Below, piece after piece: positions 1 through 10,024 of a stretch of 64,000 nt of DNA (its first letter is position 1; each line of letters opens with the position of its first letter). The position numbers were made by a program, and so were the translations under genes. The stretch is from Patescibacteria group bacterium (GTDB lineage Bacteria > Patescibacteriota > Patescibacteriia > Patescibacteriales > JAQTRU01). Location: assembly GCA_028716725.1 (NCBI GenBank), contig JAQUPG010000005.1, positions 2,453 through 66,452 on the forward strand, given 5' to 3'. The notes under the pieces are model-generated. The model saw only the letters and a list, made by a program, of their open reading frames with translations, searched no databases and was not told the DNA's origin.

Positions 1-8
1 TAAATTGT

Positions 9-1034
9 TTACCGTAAGGAATCATATTTTATTTGTTCGCGTATCTCATCTATTATATTTTTAAAGGTTTCTTTATCCAAACAATCTTTGTTGGTGTCGC
101 ACCTGAAAGAAAATCCTATCGGCAATTCCTCGCCCATTTCATAATATTTATTAAATCTATCCTCACTGAATATATTGAAGTGCTCGGGAATAATCACGAA
201 ATATTTATCTAATTCTATTGCGTGCCTGGCTTCTTCTTCGGTTAATAATATCTCATGTAATTTTTCTCCTGATCTTATCCCGATAATTTCTCTTTCTGCT
301 TCCGGGGCTATGACTGAAAATAAATCGACCAACTTCATGCTTGGCGCTTTAGAAATAAAAATCTCTCCCCCCTCCATATTGGCTAAAGCAAACAGCACTA
401 ATTGGCAAGACTGATCTAGAGTCATCCAAAAACGGGTCATTCTTTCGTCAGTTAAACATACCTTATTTACTTCAGATTTTTTTAAAAGAATATCTACAAT
501 ACTGCCCCGGCTGCCAATGACATTACCATACCTAACGCAACTAAACTTTGTCTTCCCGCCGGCATAAGAGTTTCCATTAATAAATAATTTCTCGGCGCAA
601 AGTTTTGTTGAACCGTACAAATTAATTGGCTGGACTGCTTTATCGGTAGAAATTAATATTACTTTCTCTACCCCCTGGTCAATAGCGGCGTCGACAACAT
701 TCTGACTGCCCAGGATATTAGTTTTAACTGCTTCAAAAGGATTATATTCTAAGGTAGGCACCTGTTTTAAGGCCGCGGCGTGAATAACAATATCAACGCC
801 GCTGAAAGCTCTTTCTAATCTTTGCAGATCCCGGACATCACCCAAAAAAAATCTTAACCTTTTGTCTTTATCTTTAATTTCTGACTGCATCCGGGATTGC
901 TTTAGCTCATCACGGCTAAAAACAATCACTTTTTTAACCTCAGAATTCTTTAATAGATGCTTAACGAAATTGCTGCCGAAAGAACCGGTCCCCCCTGTAA
1001 CTAATATTGTTTTGTCTTTAAGGATGTCAATCAT
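9..1034 (-). CDS. pseB: UDP-N-acetylglucosamine 4,6-dehydratase (inverting), PseB/FlaA1/CapD-type extended SDR
   Basis: 341-aa ORF with Rossmann motif TGGTGSFG and catalytic YGSTKLCAEK. Collinear with my memory of Helicobacter PseB (SRDELKQ, GDVRD, IHAAALKQVP, EYNP, RYGNVIGSRGS, MTRFW, GIRSGEKLHE). Confidence 0.88.
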   Translation of the reverse strand: MIDILKDKTILVTGGTGSFGSNFVKHLLKNSEVKKVIVFSRDELKQSRMQSEIKDKDKRLRFFLGDVRDLQRLERAFSGVDIVIHAAALKQVPTLEYNPFEAVKTNILGSQNVVDAAIDQGVEKVILISTDKAVQPINLYGSTKLCAEKLFINGNSYAGGKTKFSCVRYGNVIGSRGSIVDILLKKSEVNKVCLTDERMTRFWMTLDQSCQLVLFALANMEGGEIFISKAPSMKLVDLFSVIAPEAEREIIGIRSGEKLHEILLTEEEARHAIELDKYFVIIPEHFNIFSEDRFNKYYEMGEELPIGFSFRCDTNKDCLDKETFKNIIDEIREQIKYDSLR

Positions 1035-1068
1035 ATATTTTTAATAATTAAATAAATGTTATAAATAT

Positions 1069-2490
1069 TTATATTTTTCTTATCTCCTTAAGTATCGCTT
1101 GAGCAAAATTATTCATTCTTTCCTGTTTGTTAAGCTTGGAATTTACGGAAATACCAGTATCTACATAGCCGTGAATTGTTGCTTTATCAAAACTATATAA
1201 ATAATTAATAATTTGCTGCGGCTCTATTTTAAATCCCTCCTTAATTTTCTGCAGAACTTTCTGGCAGGATTCAACCCCATTAACTTTAAAAACTCCCGGG
1301 CAATCCCGATACCAGGGATAGCCGAAAATAATTGCCGGTTTTGACCGTAAAACTGCTTCCCAGCCAGCTGTCCCGGTAACCGTGGCGACGGCTAAAGACT
1401 TATTAATTAAAGTATAAGTATCGGTTTCAATGGGAATTAATTTAACCCTTTTTAATTCGGAAATTCTTTTATAATAACCCTGATAGCGAGAACTAGAGAA
1501 ATTTAAACCTCGAGCCGGTATTTGCGTGGGGTGCTCTTTGACATAAATTACCCAATCTTTAGGCAAAGAAGCCGCCAAAATCTCAATCATTAATATCTGA
1601 TCAACAAATATGCTTCCTTGCGGACTGCTCGTGCGTTCCGGCTGATAATTCAAAGGCAGATATATAAATTTTTCAGCAAAATCAACTTCTGCCTCAACGC
1701 TGGCATATTCTCTCTTGGGGTTTGATTTAATTTTTAAAAAATACGTCAACCCTTTCCTGAAAACAGAAAAGTCTTTTAGGCTGGCAATAATAATTCTCAT
1801 CTTTCGGAAAAATTTGTTAGTTATTGTGTGTTGTTGTCTCCATTTCTTCGTATAGGGGGGAGCCTTATCACTATCCTTATCCTTTTGCGCTTTATAGTAC
1901 TCTTGTAAATCGCTGTCTAAATCACCTAAGGAGAAGATCTTATCCTGATTTTCCCGTAATTCTTTGTGCAAAGCTTCACTACCCTGCCAAAAATCAGTAT
2001 AAAGCAAAGCTCTGTCAGAAACCCAGGTATCTTCAAACGTAATAACTTTAATGTTTAATAAACGAGCTAATTCATAAATAAGATAATTAAAAACTGTGTG
2101 AGGTATAATGGGAAAAATTATTAGTTCCGGTTTATATTTTTTTATTATACCATGCCAATATTGCAACATATTATAATATAAATGCCTGCGCTCGTCAACG
2201 CCCATTTTATCATATCGCTTATTCATCATGGTTAAAATAATAGATTCTGCCCGGTATAACTTTTCTATTAAATCTTCGCCCGGCGGAGAAAACTCGGCCA
2301 TATTAATATCTTCGGCAGGCAGTCCGGCTATTGCTTGCCAATGGTCATGAAAAATAGTTTCGGGCAATTTATCCTTTTCTCCTCCCGGCGAACCAACCCA
2401 ATAAACTATTTCCTGCCCATGCTTTTTTAATTCTAACATTAAATTTTTTATTTCCGGACCTTTACCGGCCCAAATTAAAAATACTTTCAT
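1069..2490 (-). CDS. Soluble surface-carbohydrate biosynthesis protein, capsule-synthesis-like transferase (family uncertain)
   Basis: 473-aa ORF tightly packed between pseB and the ABC exporter. The segment LPLNYQPERTSSPQG...VKEHPTQ resembles capsule polysaccharide biosynthesis (KpsS/LipB-like) proteins. No motif I can assign firmly. Confidence 0.35.
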   Translation of the reverse strand: MKVFLIWAGKGPEIKNLMLELKKHGQEIVYWVGSPGGEKDKLPETIFHDHWQAIAGLPAEDINMAEFSPPGEDLIEKLYRAESIILTMMNKRYDKMGVDERRHLYYNMLQYWHGIIKKYKPELIIFPIIPHTVFNYLIYELARLLNIKVITFEDTWVSDRALLYTDFWQGSEALHKELRENQDKIFSLGDLDSDLQEYYKAQKDKDSDKAPPYTKKWRQQHTITNKFFRKMRIIIASLKDFSVFRKGLTYFLKIKSNPKREYASVEAEVDFAEKFIYLPLNYQPERTSSPQGSIFVDQILMIEILAASLPKDWVIYVKEHPTQIPARGLNFSSSRYQGYYKRISELKRVKLIPIETDTYTLINKSLAVATVTGTAGWEAVLRSKPAIIFGYPWYRDCPGVFKVNGVESCQKVLQKIKEGFKIEPQQIINYLYSFDKATIHGYVDTGISVNSKLNKQERMNNFAQAILKEIRKI

Positions 2491-2494
2491 ATTT

Positions 2495-4282
2495 TTATTT
2501 TTTTCTAATATTATATACCTTGAAAAAATAAGAACTTTTATTTTCTAATAATTCCTGCGGCCTGCCCTGCTCAATAATTTTTCCTTTATCTAAAACGACT
2601 AATTTATCAGAATTAATAACGGTTGATAACCTATGGGCGATAACCAAAACCGTTATCTTCCCCTTTAAATTTTTAATCACTTCCTGAATTTTCGCTTCTG
2701 ACTCATTATCCAGGGCGCTGGTCGCCTCATCAAGCAGTAAAATCTTGGGTTTTCGGGCTAAAACTCTGGCTATAACAATCCTCTGCCTCTGTCCGGCAGA
2801 AAGCAGGACCCCCCTTTCGCCGATTATGGTAGAAAATTTTTCCGGATAACTCTGGATAAAATCGTAGATATTGGCTTTTTTTGCCGCCTCTATTATATCA
2901 TCATCGGTAATAGAATCGTCATAAAATTTAATATTATTGGCAATAGAGTCATTAATTAGAAATATATCCTGGGAAACATAACCGATACTTTTTCTCCAGT
3001 CTTCAAGATTGATTTCTTTTATATTTTTTCCATCAAGTAAAATTTCGCCGCTGGTAGGTATAAACAAGCGAAGAATTAAATCAGTGGTGGTTGTTTTCCC
3101 CACTCCTGAAGGGCCGATTAACCCGGTCAATTCTCCTTTTTTAATGTTAAAATTTAAATCAGTCAAAACTTTTTTATCGGGACTATAGGAAAAATTTACC
3201 TTCTTAAATTCTAAAAAATCATTAAACTTAAAATGATTTAAGCCAAGGTTCTTTTCTTTATTCCCCATAGCCCGATCTTCATAATCCAGCACATTCCTTA
3301 AATATGGAATTGAGCCGTTGATAATCAAAGCTTTTGTTTGCAACTGCTCAAAATAGGAAAATATTTGCTTAATTAAATAGACGACAGCTACCAAGGCGGC
3401 AAAATTAAAATTCGGAGATTTATAAGACAGGGCGAAGACGATGCAGACAAAGACTAAACTAACCGGTTGCATAAAAGCTCCGGTAATAGTGCTTAATAAG
3501 GTTTGTTTAACTTGCATATCTTTTAAGTGACGAAAAAACCCCCGGCCGACTCTGGCTACTTTATTGCCCACAAATATAGCTTTAACGGTTTTCATGCCGA
3601 CTATGTTTTCATTAACATAATGAGAAATTTCTTTATTCAATTGTTGCAATTTATAAGATAATGCTCTTACCCTATAAATAAGGGGTTTAAATATAAGAAA
3701 CAATAGCAACCCCAAAATTAAAGTTATTAAAGTGATATAAATAGAAATATTTATAGCTACTAAAATATAAATAATTAAGCTGGTAAACACCATAATGGTA
3801 TTGCTGATATGGCGCAATAAATTCGAACCCTGGCTTATATTTATCATTAGAATTGTCTCAAGGTGTCCAAGTTTCTGCTTTAATAAATAAGGCCAATCGG
3901 CTTTGAGAGTGGCCTCAAATAAATTATTTCTGGTCCGCTCTTCATAACTCGCAGTTATCTTAACAATTATATAAGAAAATAAAATTAAAACAAAAGCTTT
4001 AAAAATGAACAACGAGGAAATAAAAATAAGCAAAAATTTTACATTAAAATCAACATGCGCGTATAAAAATACTTTTTCAATTATCTGGGATATAAAGTCA
4101 TCTCCGCCCTGCTCCTTCCCGATAATAAAAGAAAAAAGAGGGATTAAAGCGTTAATGCCGATTCCCTCCAATAAGCCAATTAGAAAACCCAGGACAGTTA
4201 AAATAATAATCTGTTTCTTGTACTGGCCAAAAGCTCGTTTTGATAATTTTAGTATTGTTATGAGTCTGTTATCCTCAAGCAT
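2495..4282 (-). CDS. ABC exporter, fused permease and ATPase (MsbA/type-1 exporter-like; possible glycolipid flippase)
   Basis: 595 aa with an N-terminal six-helix hydrophobic half. Walker A GPSGVGKTT, ABC signature LSAGQRQR, Walker B ILLLDEATSALD, H-loop IAHRLST. Confidence 0.9.
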   Translation of the reverse strand: MLEDNRLITILKLSKRAFGQYKKQIIILTVLGFLIGLLEGIGINALIPLFSFIIGKEQGGDDFISQIIEKVFLYAHVDFNVKFLLIFISSLFIFKAFVLILFSYIIVKITASYEERTRNNLFEATLKADWPYLLKQKLGHLETILMINISQGSNLLRHISNTIMVFTSLIIYILVAINISIYITLITLILGLLLFLIFKPLIYRVRALSYKLQQLNKEISHYVNENIVGMKTVKAIFVGNKVARVGRGFFRHLKDMQVKQTLLSTITGAFMQPVSLVFVCIVFALSYKSPNFNFAALVAVVYLIKQIFSYFEQLQTKALIINGSIPYLRNVLDYEDRAMGNKEKNLGLNHFKFNDFLEFKKVNFSYSPDKKVLTDLNFNIKKGELTGLIGPSGVGKTTTTDLILRLFIPTSGEILLDGKNIKEINLEDWRKSIGYVSQDIFLINDSIANNIKFYDDSITDDDIIEAAKKANIYDFIQSYPEKFSTIIGERGVLLSAGQRQRIVIARVLARKPKILLLDEATSALDNESEAKIQEVIKNLKGKITVLVIAHRLSTVINSDKLVVLDKGKIIEQGRPQELLENKSSYFFKVYNIRKK

Positions 4283-4317
4283 GTGTTTATTTCTTTTAAA
4301 TATCTAACTCCTAAGAA

Positions 4318-4569
4318 TTACCATTTATTAATTTTATCCACAACTTTTTGTTTTAGCCCCAAATATGATTTTACAGCCTTCTTTTCCGCTTCCGGCGATA
4401 CTAAGCGCAATATTTCCTTACCTAAAATTCGATACTGGCCCCCAACTTTATTGGCTTTTATTAGCCCCTTCTTGAGCAGACGCTTAATAGTGCTATTGCT
4501 TATTTTTAACAGCTCTTGAGTCTCTATGGTGGTATAAACTGCGTTTGATTTTATTTCGTCATTGTTCAT
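4318..4569 (-). CDS. Excisionase/MerR-type helix-turn-helix DNA-binding protein
   Basis: YTTIETQELLKISNSTIKRLLKKGLIKANKVGGQYRI is a typical HTH_17/excisionase-family pattern. The track ORF begins at a TTG (4605) inside a repeat array; I prefer the ATG at 4569. Confidence 0.6.
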   Translation of the reverse strand: MNNDEIKSNAVYTTIETQELLKISNSTIKRLLKKGLIKANKVGGQYRILGKEILRLVSPEAEKKAVKSYLGLKQKVVDKINKW

Positions 4570-4575
4570 ATTGGT

Positions 4576-4616
4576 ATTATACCGTAAGGTGTCAACAGGT
4601 GTCAACAGGTGTCAAC
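4576..4616 (-). promoter_or_regulatory. Consensus sigma70-like promoter built from a triple 10-bp tandem repeat
   Basis: On the minus strand, GTTGACACCT occurs 3 times in tandem (4587-4616), each copy carrying TTGACA. TATAAT lies at 4581-4576. The middle copy (TTGACA 4605-4600) is 18 nt from the -10 box. The ATG at 4569 is about 7 nt downstream of the -10 box. Confidence 0.45.
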
Positions 4617-4636
4617 TTATTTGATGTTTATCTGAT

Positions 4637-4669
4637 TTAAATAAAACCTCTCTGATTTTATCAGAAAGG
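4637..4669 (-). terminator. Rho-independent terminator candidate after the 4720-6495 gene
   Basis: Minus strand reads CCTTTCTGAT-aaa-ATCAGAGAGG (9 of 10 bp paired) followed by TTTTATTT, about 50 nt after the stop at 4720. Confidence 0.5.
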
Positions 4670-4719
4670 TTATAAAATTTAATCAGCCCTCGCTTAATAA
4701 ATAAGCGAATAAAAGATGC

Positions 4720-6495
4720 CTATTTAACAGAGTTTACTTTGTAAATTCTATTATTACCAACTTCCCCCACTATTTCTATGAAATTAATATTATTGCCAAG
4801 TATATCCGCTATCTTTGCGCTATTAACATCCTTCATATCCAACAATATATAATCTATTGAATATAGACTGAATAATTCCTTCAAATCTAAATTTTTATAT
4901 TCATTATATTTATTTAGTACTCTAACAATATATTCACCCGCCACAAGCGTATTTTCATCATATTTTTTTCCGGCAAGAAATTCTTTGATTTTTCTCCTTA
5001 CTTCTTTGTTCTGGTAATTATCAATAAATTTGTTCCCCCAAATGCCTCGGTTATTCTTGAAAATATAATTGTAATCGATATTTTCATAAAAAATATTTTG
5101 TATTACCCATCTTTCTTCCAGCTCCGTGTCTGAAGTTAGATAATAACTGGCGTAGGCGTTCGTAAACAGGTTGCCCTGCGTATAAATCGGAATCAGCCAG
5201 CTATAGTCAGCTCCAAAAGTTAAGAAAGAAGAGTCTGGCAAAGTATTAGAATTAATCCAGCCAGCCACATAAGATAATTCCTGGTCTCTGGCTGTCTTTT
5301 CTATTTTCCCGTTACTTACATAAACCGAGGCGAGCACATCATTGCTTTGGCGGTAAAATAAAAAGGCTAAAACAAAAAAGAAAAATAACAGGATAATTTT
5401 AGACTTATAGTTTCCATAAGATCTAACGGCCGGCTCTAAAATAATTGCGAAAGCTAATAAAACGAATAAAATTGTAATTAAATAATAATGGCTGCTAAAC
5501 TGCAGATATTTGCCGGTTATTATGTTTTGCCAATTTACTATTATGCCACTAATAGGCAGGGAATAAGCTAAAAATAACAGTCTATAATCTCTTATCTTGT
5601 TTCTTGATAAATAAGCAGCTAATAAGGTAATAATGAGCAGTGATACGTTAATAAAACACCCGGGCCAATGAGTATTCAGCATCCCCAGTCTAGCGCTAAC
5701 CTCGGAAAAAAATGGATTTGAAGAGGCTCTGCTGATATTAATAAAATAAGTTAGGCTGGTAAAGAATGCGGCCGAGGCAAAGACGGCCCAGCCTGAAAAA
5801 TAATAAAAAAATTTCTTCTCTTTAATAATCAGAAAAAAGAGATAAACTGCATATAAAACAAAAACTGAAGTCCAGTAATAAGGATAAAGTCTTATCAAGA
5901 GGCCCAGGGCAATCCCGAGCAAAATATTATAAAAAATAAATTTTTTCTTTATCTCAAAACTTTCTATCACGGCCGCCAAGACCAATAAACCTAAGACAAA
6001 AAAAATAAAACTAAATTGCGGGTTAATGGGGCGACCGAACTCTCTTAAAAATATAATAAAATAAAAAACGGAAAAAAATACGGTTATCTGTTTATTTTTA
6101 GTAATTCTGAAAAATAGGAAATATGATAAAACAAATCCAATAGCCGGAAAAATAAAATCATTAATCGCGGCTAACTTTGGCGCCGAAACCTTAAAAATCC
6201 CGGAAACACCGGCTAAAATACGGGCCGCAAACGCCGGCCGGACGGCCGGCCTGTCTTTATGCTCCGCAATAAAAGTATTGCCTAATTCCGGATGCCCGTC
6301 TAATACTTCCTTAATTTGCGACAAATAATGCTCTTCATCATTATTAAACATCGGGTAAACTCCCTTAAAATTTTCCCTGCCTATTTTACCTACAGAACAC
6401 AAAGTGGGCCAGATAACTAGGGCGCCGATAATAAAAGCCAGCAAAAAAGCCAACCAATGATATTTTATTGTCCGGATTACTTTATCTTTTATCAT
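4720..6495 (-). CDS. Polytopic membrane protein with a C-terminal soluble domain (possible GT-C glycosyltransferase or glycan polymerase)
   Basis: 591 aa with more than 10 hydrophobic helices over residues 1-390, then a roughly 200-aa hydrophilic C-terminal domain. Lies in a glycan locus next to a GtrA-like ORF. Confidence 0.4.
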   Translation of the reverse strand: MIKDKVIRTIKYHWLAFLLAFIIGALVIWPTLCSVGKIGRENFKGVYPMFNNDEEHYLSQIKEVLDGHPELGNTFIAEHKDRPAVRPAFAARILAGVSGIFKVSAPKLAAINDFIFPAIGFVLSYFLFFRITKNKQITVFFSVFYFIIFLREFGRPINPQFSFIFFVLGLLVLAAVIESFEIKKKFIFYNILLGIALGLLIRLYPYYWTSVFVLYAVYLFFLIIKEKKFFYYFSGWAVFASAAFFTSLTYFINISRASSNPFFSEVSARLGMLNTHWPGCFINVSLLIITLLAAYLSRNKIRDYRLLFLAYSLPISGIIVNWQNIITGKYLQFSSHYYLITILFVLLAFAIILEPAVRSYGNYKSKIILLFFFFVLAFLFYRQSNDVLASVYVSNGKIEKTARDQELSYVAGWINSNTLPDSSFLTFGADYSWLIPIYTQGNLFTNAYASYYLTSDTELEERWVIQNIFYENIDYNYIFKNNRGIWGNKFIDNYQNKEVRRKIKEFLAGKKYDENTLVAGEYIVRVLNKYNEYKNLDLKELFSLYSIDYILLDMKDVNSAKIADILGNNINFIEIVGEVGNNRIYKVNSVK

Positions 6496-6538
6496 AAAAA
6501 ATGCTAAGATAGTTATTCTTTATTCTAAGCATGCTTCC

Positions 6539-6766
6539 CTACTCGGTAAAACCGGTTTTACGATAAATAACAAACTTTAAGAAAAACAGAAAAGCGACAA
6601 CGGCCGAGGTGCTAAGCAGGGTTGAAATATGAAACACGTCAATTAGCAACCAGACCAAAATAATGTTTAGCAAAGATATAAACCCTCCAACCAAGGAATA
6701 TATTATTAAATTCTTCCTGGTTTTAGACTTAAATATTATATTTTCCATTTTTTTTATAATTTCCAT
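6539..6766 (-). CDS. Small two-helix membrane protein, GtrA-like half-length
   Basis: 75 aa. LIIYSLVGGFISLLNIILVWLLIDVF resembles the first GtrA helix pair, but length is about half a normal GtrA. May be a remnant. Confidence 0.3.
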   Translation of the reverse strand: MEIIKKMENIIFKSKTRKNLIIYSLVGGFISLLNIILVWLLIDVFHISTLLSTSAVVAFLFFLKFVIYRKTGFTE

Positions 6767-6793
6767 TTATTTTTTCCGACATAATAATTAGGC

Positions 6794-8581
6794 TTAATTT
6801 AAGACTTCGTAGATTTCTATAAAAGGCCCGCTTTTTTCTAACTTTAAGAGCACTGGCCAGGAAAGCGGATTATTCAAATAATCCATAATACCCATCTCAA
6901 TCAATTTTGTATCGCTGGTTGGAAAAAAAGTTTTTACTAATTTAAGATTATGATATTTTTTAATATTTTCTAGAATATCGTAGGCTTTTTCTTTTTCGAA
7001 CCGACCCGGCTGGTTCTCAACAGTCTTTTTAGTGAACCAATAATAAATAATCACATATTTAGTGCCCTGGCCGCCCAACGTTTCATACCGATTATTCTTA
7101 AAATCGTATCTCAAATCTAGCCCTTTGCCCGCAAAGTCACTCTTATGATCTAAAATAAAATTTACTCTCACCGATTCTTCTACCTTATTGTTTTCTTTGT
7201 GCCATAAAGCCGCCTCATATGAGAGCGGACCGGCTAATAAATTGTCAAAAGAATAAATTATTTCACCCTGGTTTAAGTTTTTTTGCAGCCAATCCACGGT
7301 TTCAATCTCCGTGTTGTTTTTTACAATTATTAACCAATGAGCAGACAATATAATTGAAGGCAGGATTAATAAAATAATAAATACAGACATTAAAATCGCA
7401 CCTGTTTTTTTTCTTTTTATTTTCTCATTACAAGAATAAAAAAGCTCTATTAAATAACCCGCCGCTAACGGTACAGCTAAAGTAATAAATGTTAGATACA
7501 AACGCGATCTCATCGGGAGAGCGAAAACAGTTGCCATTAGCAGATAATTAAATAATATTCCCACTATTATATATCTCAAATATCGATTCCGAAAAAAATT
7601 TTTAAAATTAAAGACTAAGATTATAAAAAATAAAGATATAAATATTGGCTCAATATTGAAAGATCCTTGGACAAGATAATAAAGCCTTTTTATCCCAATC
7701 GCAGGTAAAATCTTATCATCCGCTCCCTCAGCTGCTAAATATGGGATAAAATCTTTAAGAATAAAAGAATAAAAAAAGCCAACAATACCTATAAAAAATA
7801 AGGAAGATTTTATTAAAATTTTATTATTAATTATATTACTTTGCGGTTTTTGCAAAGAATCATTTCGTTTCTTGAAGATATTAAACCGATTAAAAACAAA
7901 CCCTGACAAGGGGAAAATAATAGCTGACAAACCTATAATATGAACAGAAAATGAACAAGCGGCCGCTATTACCGACCAATAAAAATATTTAATCTTTCCT
8001 TCTTTTTCAAACCGGATAATAAAAAATAAGGACAAAACCAGAAAAAAAACTATAGCCGAATGAGTTTTCCCCCAATGGGATAAAAATACAGGAATCAGGC
8101 CAAAGGAATAAACCAGGGCAGGATAATAATAACTAAGTTTATGTTTAAAAATCAGTTTGTATATTCTATATATTAAATAGACTGTGGCCGTGCCGAAAAA
8201 TACCGAATACCATCTTATTATTATATGTATCTGGCCCATTCCGTTTTCAACCAAATACCCCTTTAATTCATCCAGATTATAAATACCTTCCCGCAAAGCC
8301 AGAAAAATAATTCTAAGAACCAAAACGGGGAAATATAAAAAGGCTAACAGCGCCGGATCGCCGGAAGACGTTGCGAATAAACTTTTTGCCTCTATGACAT
8401 TTAAAAGGTATTTAATCTGGTAAAACTCATCCCAAATAAGCTCGGGCCGATAGGGATAGTCAAAATATATGCCGTAAAAACGGACAAAAAAGGCAACCAG
8501 AATAATCGAGATTATTATACAATGATCTTTAATTGCCTGCCCAATTTTTTTTAGATATCTTCTAACAAAATTATTACTCAT
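6794..8581 (-). CDS. GT-C fold membrane glycosyltransferase (ArnT/PMT family-39-like)
   Basis: 595 aa, many TM helices, acidic motif IWDEFYQ in the first extracytoplasmic loop, C-terminal soluble domain. Directly downstream of a GtrA gene with an 8-nt overlap. Confidence 0.5.
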   Translation of the reverse strand: MSNNFVRRYLKKIGQAIKDHCIIISIILVAFFVRFYGIYFDYPYRPELIWDEFYQIKYLLNVIEAKSLFATSSGDPALLAFLYFPVLVLRIIFLALREGIYNLDELKGYLVENGMGQIHIIIRWYSVFFGTATVYLIYRIYKLIFKHKLSYYYPALVYSFGLIPVFLSHWGKTHSAIVFFLVLSLFFIIRFEKEGKIKYFYWSVIAAACSFSVHIIGLSAIIFPLSGFVFNRFNIFKKRNDSLQKPQSNIINNKILIKSSLFFIGIVGFFYSFILKDFIPYLAAEGADDKILPAIGIKRLYYLVQGSFNIEPIFISLFFIILVFNFKNFFRNRYLRYIIVGILFNYLLMATVFALPMRSRLYLTFITLAVPLAAGYLIELFYSCNEKIKRKKTGAILMSVFIILLILPSIILSAHWLIIVKNNTEIETVDWLQKNLNQGEIIYSFDNLLAGPLSYEAALWHKENNKVEESVRVNFILDHKSDFAGKGLDLRYDFKNNRYETLGGQGTKYVIIYYWFTKKTVENQPGRFEKEKAYDILENIKKYHNLKLVKTFFPTSDTKLIEMGIMDYLNNPLSWPVLLKLEKSGPFIEIYEVLN

Positions 8582-8945
8582 ATTTCTTAAAAATTAACTC
8601 TTTCTGCACGAAAAATTTTATCAGGCCGAACAGGGCAATGTTGATTAAAATTGAAATAAGATAATAAATATTTAAAATATCAGTCATGATAATAAAGAAC
8701 GAGTTATTCGCCGCCCAGGAAATTATTAGATAAACCGCGTATTTAACCAAATTTTTTTTGCTAAAGTCGGATTCAAAAACAAATCTTAAATTCAGAAAAT
8801 AAACAACTACATAATCAAAAGTAATTACCAGAAAATAAGACAAGCCCTCTGAAAACCTAAACACTTCAACCAATAAAAAAGTGCCGATAAATAAAATCGA
8901 ATACCCGAGAACGGCTACTAATCCGTACCTAATAAATTTTTTCAT
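8574..8945 (-). CDS. GtrA family membrane protein
   Basis: Four-helix small membrane protein beginning MKKFIRYGLVAVLGYSILFIG, a typical GtrA N-terminus. I place the start at the internal ATG (8945) so it does not overlap the radical SAM stop at 8950. Confidence 0.65.
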   Translation of the reverse strand: MKKFIRYGLVAVLGYSILFIGTFLLVEVFRFSEGLSYFLVITFDYVVVYFLNLRFVFESDFSKKNLVKYAVYLIISWAANNSFFIIMTDILNIYYLISILINIALFGLIKFFVQKELIFKKYE

Positions 8946-8949
8946 ATTA

Positions 8950-10020
8950 TTAATAAAATAAACCTTTCCAGATGTCTCCCGTATAACTGGCGCTAACAAC
9001 AATTTCACAACCTTGCCAGCAACCCGGGCATTTTTTTACCCAACTACGACTAGATTTAATTTTTTCGCCAAACCAGATATCCTTAAATTTTTCCTTTCTT
9101 AAATTGCCGACAACATCACCGTTAAAAAGGCAGACCGGTATATCCCCATTCGGCAATATCCTTAAATGCTTATTTAGGGCCATACATTTTGGATTAGGGA
9201 TATTTTTTTTCTCTATTAATCTGTTATAAAGACCTTTTATTTGATATCTTTCCACTATCCTTCCTTTGAAATCCTTAATCTCTTTCGCATGTTCTGACAA
9301 AATTTTTAAAAAGCGCTTTAGCCCGCTTGTCGAGAATTTTCCGAAAATTTTAAAAGCGACTTCATTTTTATTTTTGTCTAACGACCCATCACTATACAAA
9401 CTATTTTTTGTATCATAAGCAATCATGGGATGGAGCGCTATGTCCAATTCAGCTAATACTTTTTTTAATTCAAAAAATGAGTCTATCCCTTCTTCATTAA
9501 TAATCGCCTGATTTACGCCTATTTGAAAATAAGTCTCTCGGCGAAGTTTCACTAATTCTTTGATTGTCTCAATGGCCTTATTATAAGCACCAGGCACCCC
9601 CCTAGTCTCGTCATGCTTCTCTCCGACATTATCAATTGATATCTTAATATTAATTTTCCTTAATGGCTTAATCGCTTTCATTGTTTTAATAATCGGCTCG
9701 GTTAAAACTCCGTTAGTCGTAATATGAATCATTGCCGGGGAACACACTTCATCAATTGTATTTATCACGTCGGCAAAATCATTGCGTAAAAACGGTTCTC
9801 CTCCGGAAAGCCGTAAAACATCAATCTTTTTAAATTGGCTGAATATTTTTTTTATTTCAGCAATAGACAATTCTTCACTTACTGCCGGTTTCTTCTTCCA
9901 AACATCGCAAAAAACGCACCTGCCGTTGCATCTCCAGGTTACCAGGTAAGTAATAAAAGAAGGGTACTGGATAATCCCCAACTTATTTTTTATTATTGAC
10001 GTTAGAATATTTAGAATCAT
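8950..10020 (-). CDS. Radical SAM enzyme with C-terminal SPASM/twitch-type Cys cluster
   Basis: CNGRCVFC (CX3CX2C) near the N-terminus. C-terminal CMALNKHLRILPNGDIPVC (GX4C) followed by CPGCWQGC. The track start at 10044 is a TTG overlapping the upstream gene; the ATG at 10020 is preferred. Confidence 0.85.
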   Translation of the reverse strand: MILNILTSIIKNKLGIIQYPSFITYLVTWRCNGRCVFCDVWKKKPAVSEELSIAEIKKIFSQFKKIDVLRLSGGEPFLRNDFADVINTIDEVCSPAMIHITTNGVLTEPIIKTMKAIKPLRKINIKISIDNVGEKHDETRGVPGAYNKAIETIKELVKLRRETYFQIGVNQAIINEEGIDSFFELKKVLAELDIALHPMIAYDTKNSLYSDGSLDKNKNEVAFKIFGKFSTSGLKRFLKILSEHAKEIKDFKGRIVERYQIKGLYNRLIEKKNIPNPKCMALNKHLRILPNGDIPVCLFNGDVVGNLRKEKFKDIWFGEKIKSSRSWVKKCPGCWQGCEIVVSASYTGDIWKGLFY

Positions 10021-10024
10021 AATA

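Noticed and set aside
4570-4605. N-terminal extensions of track ORFs that begin at TTG codons (4605, 10044, 36941) or upstream ATGs overlapping the preceding gene (9008, 11910, 28318, 30952, 39895)
   Set aside because: In each case an internal ATG removes or reduces an overlap with the upstream gene. It also places the start just before the expected N-terminal feature (HTH, radical SAM motif, class III signal, signal peptide, GGAGG-preceded transposase start).
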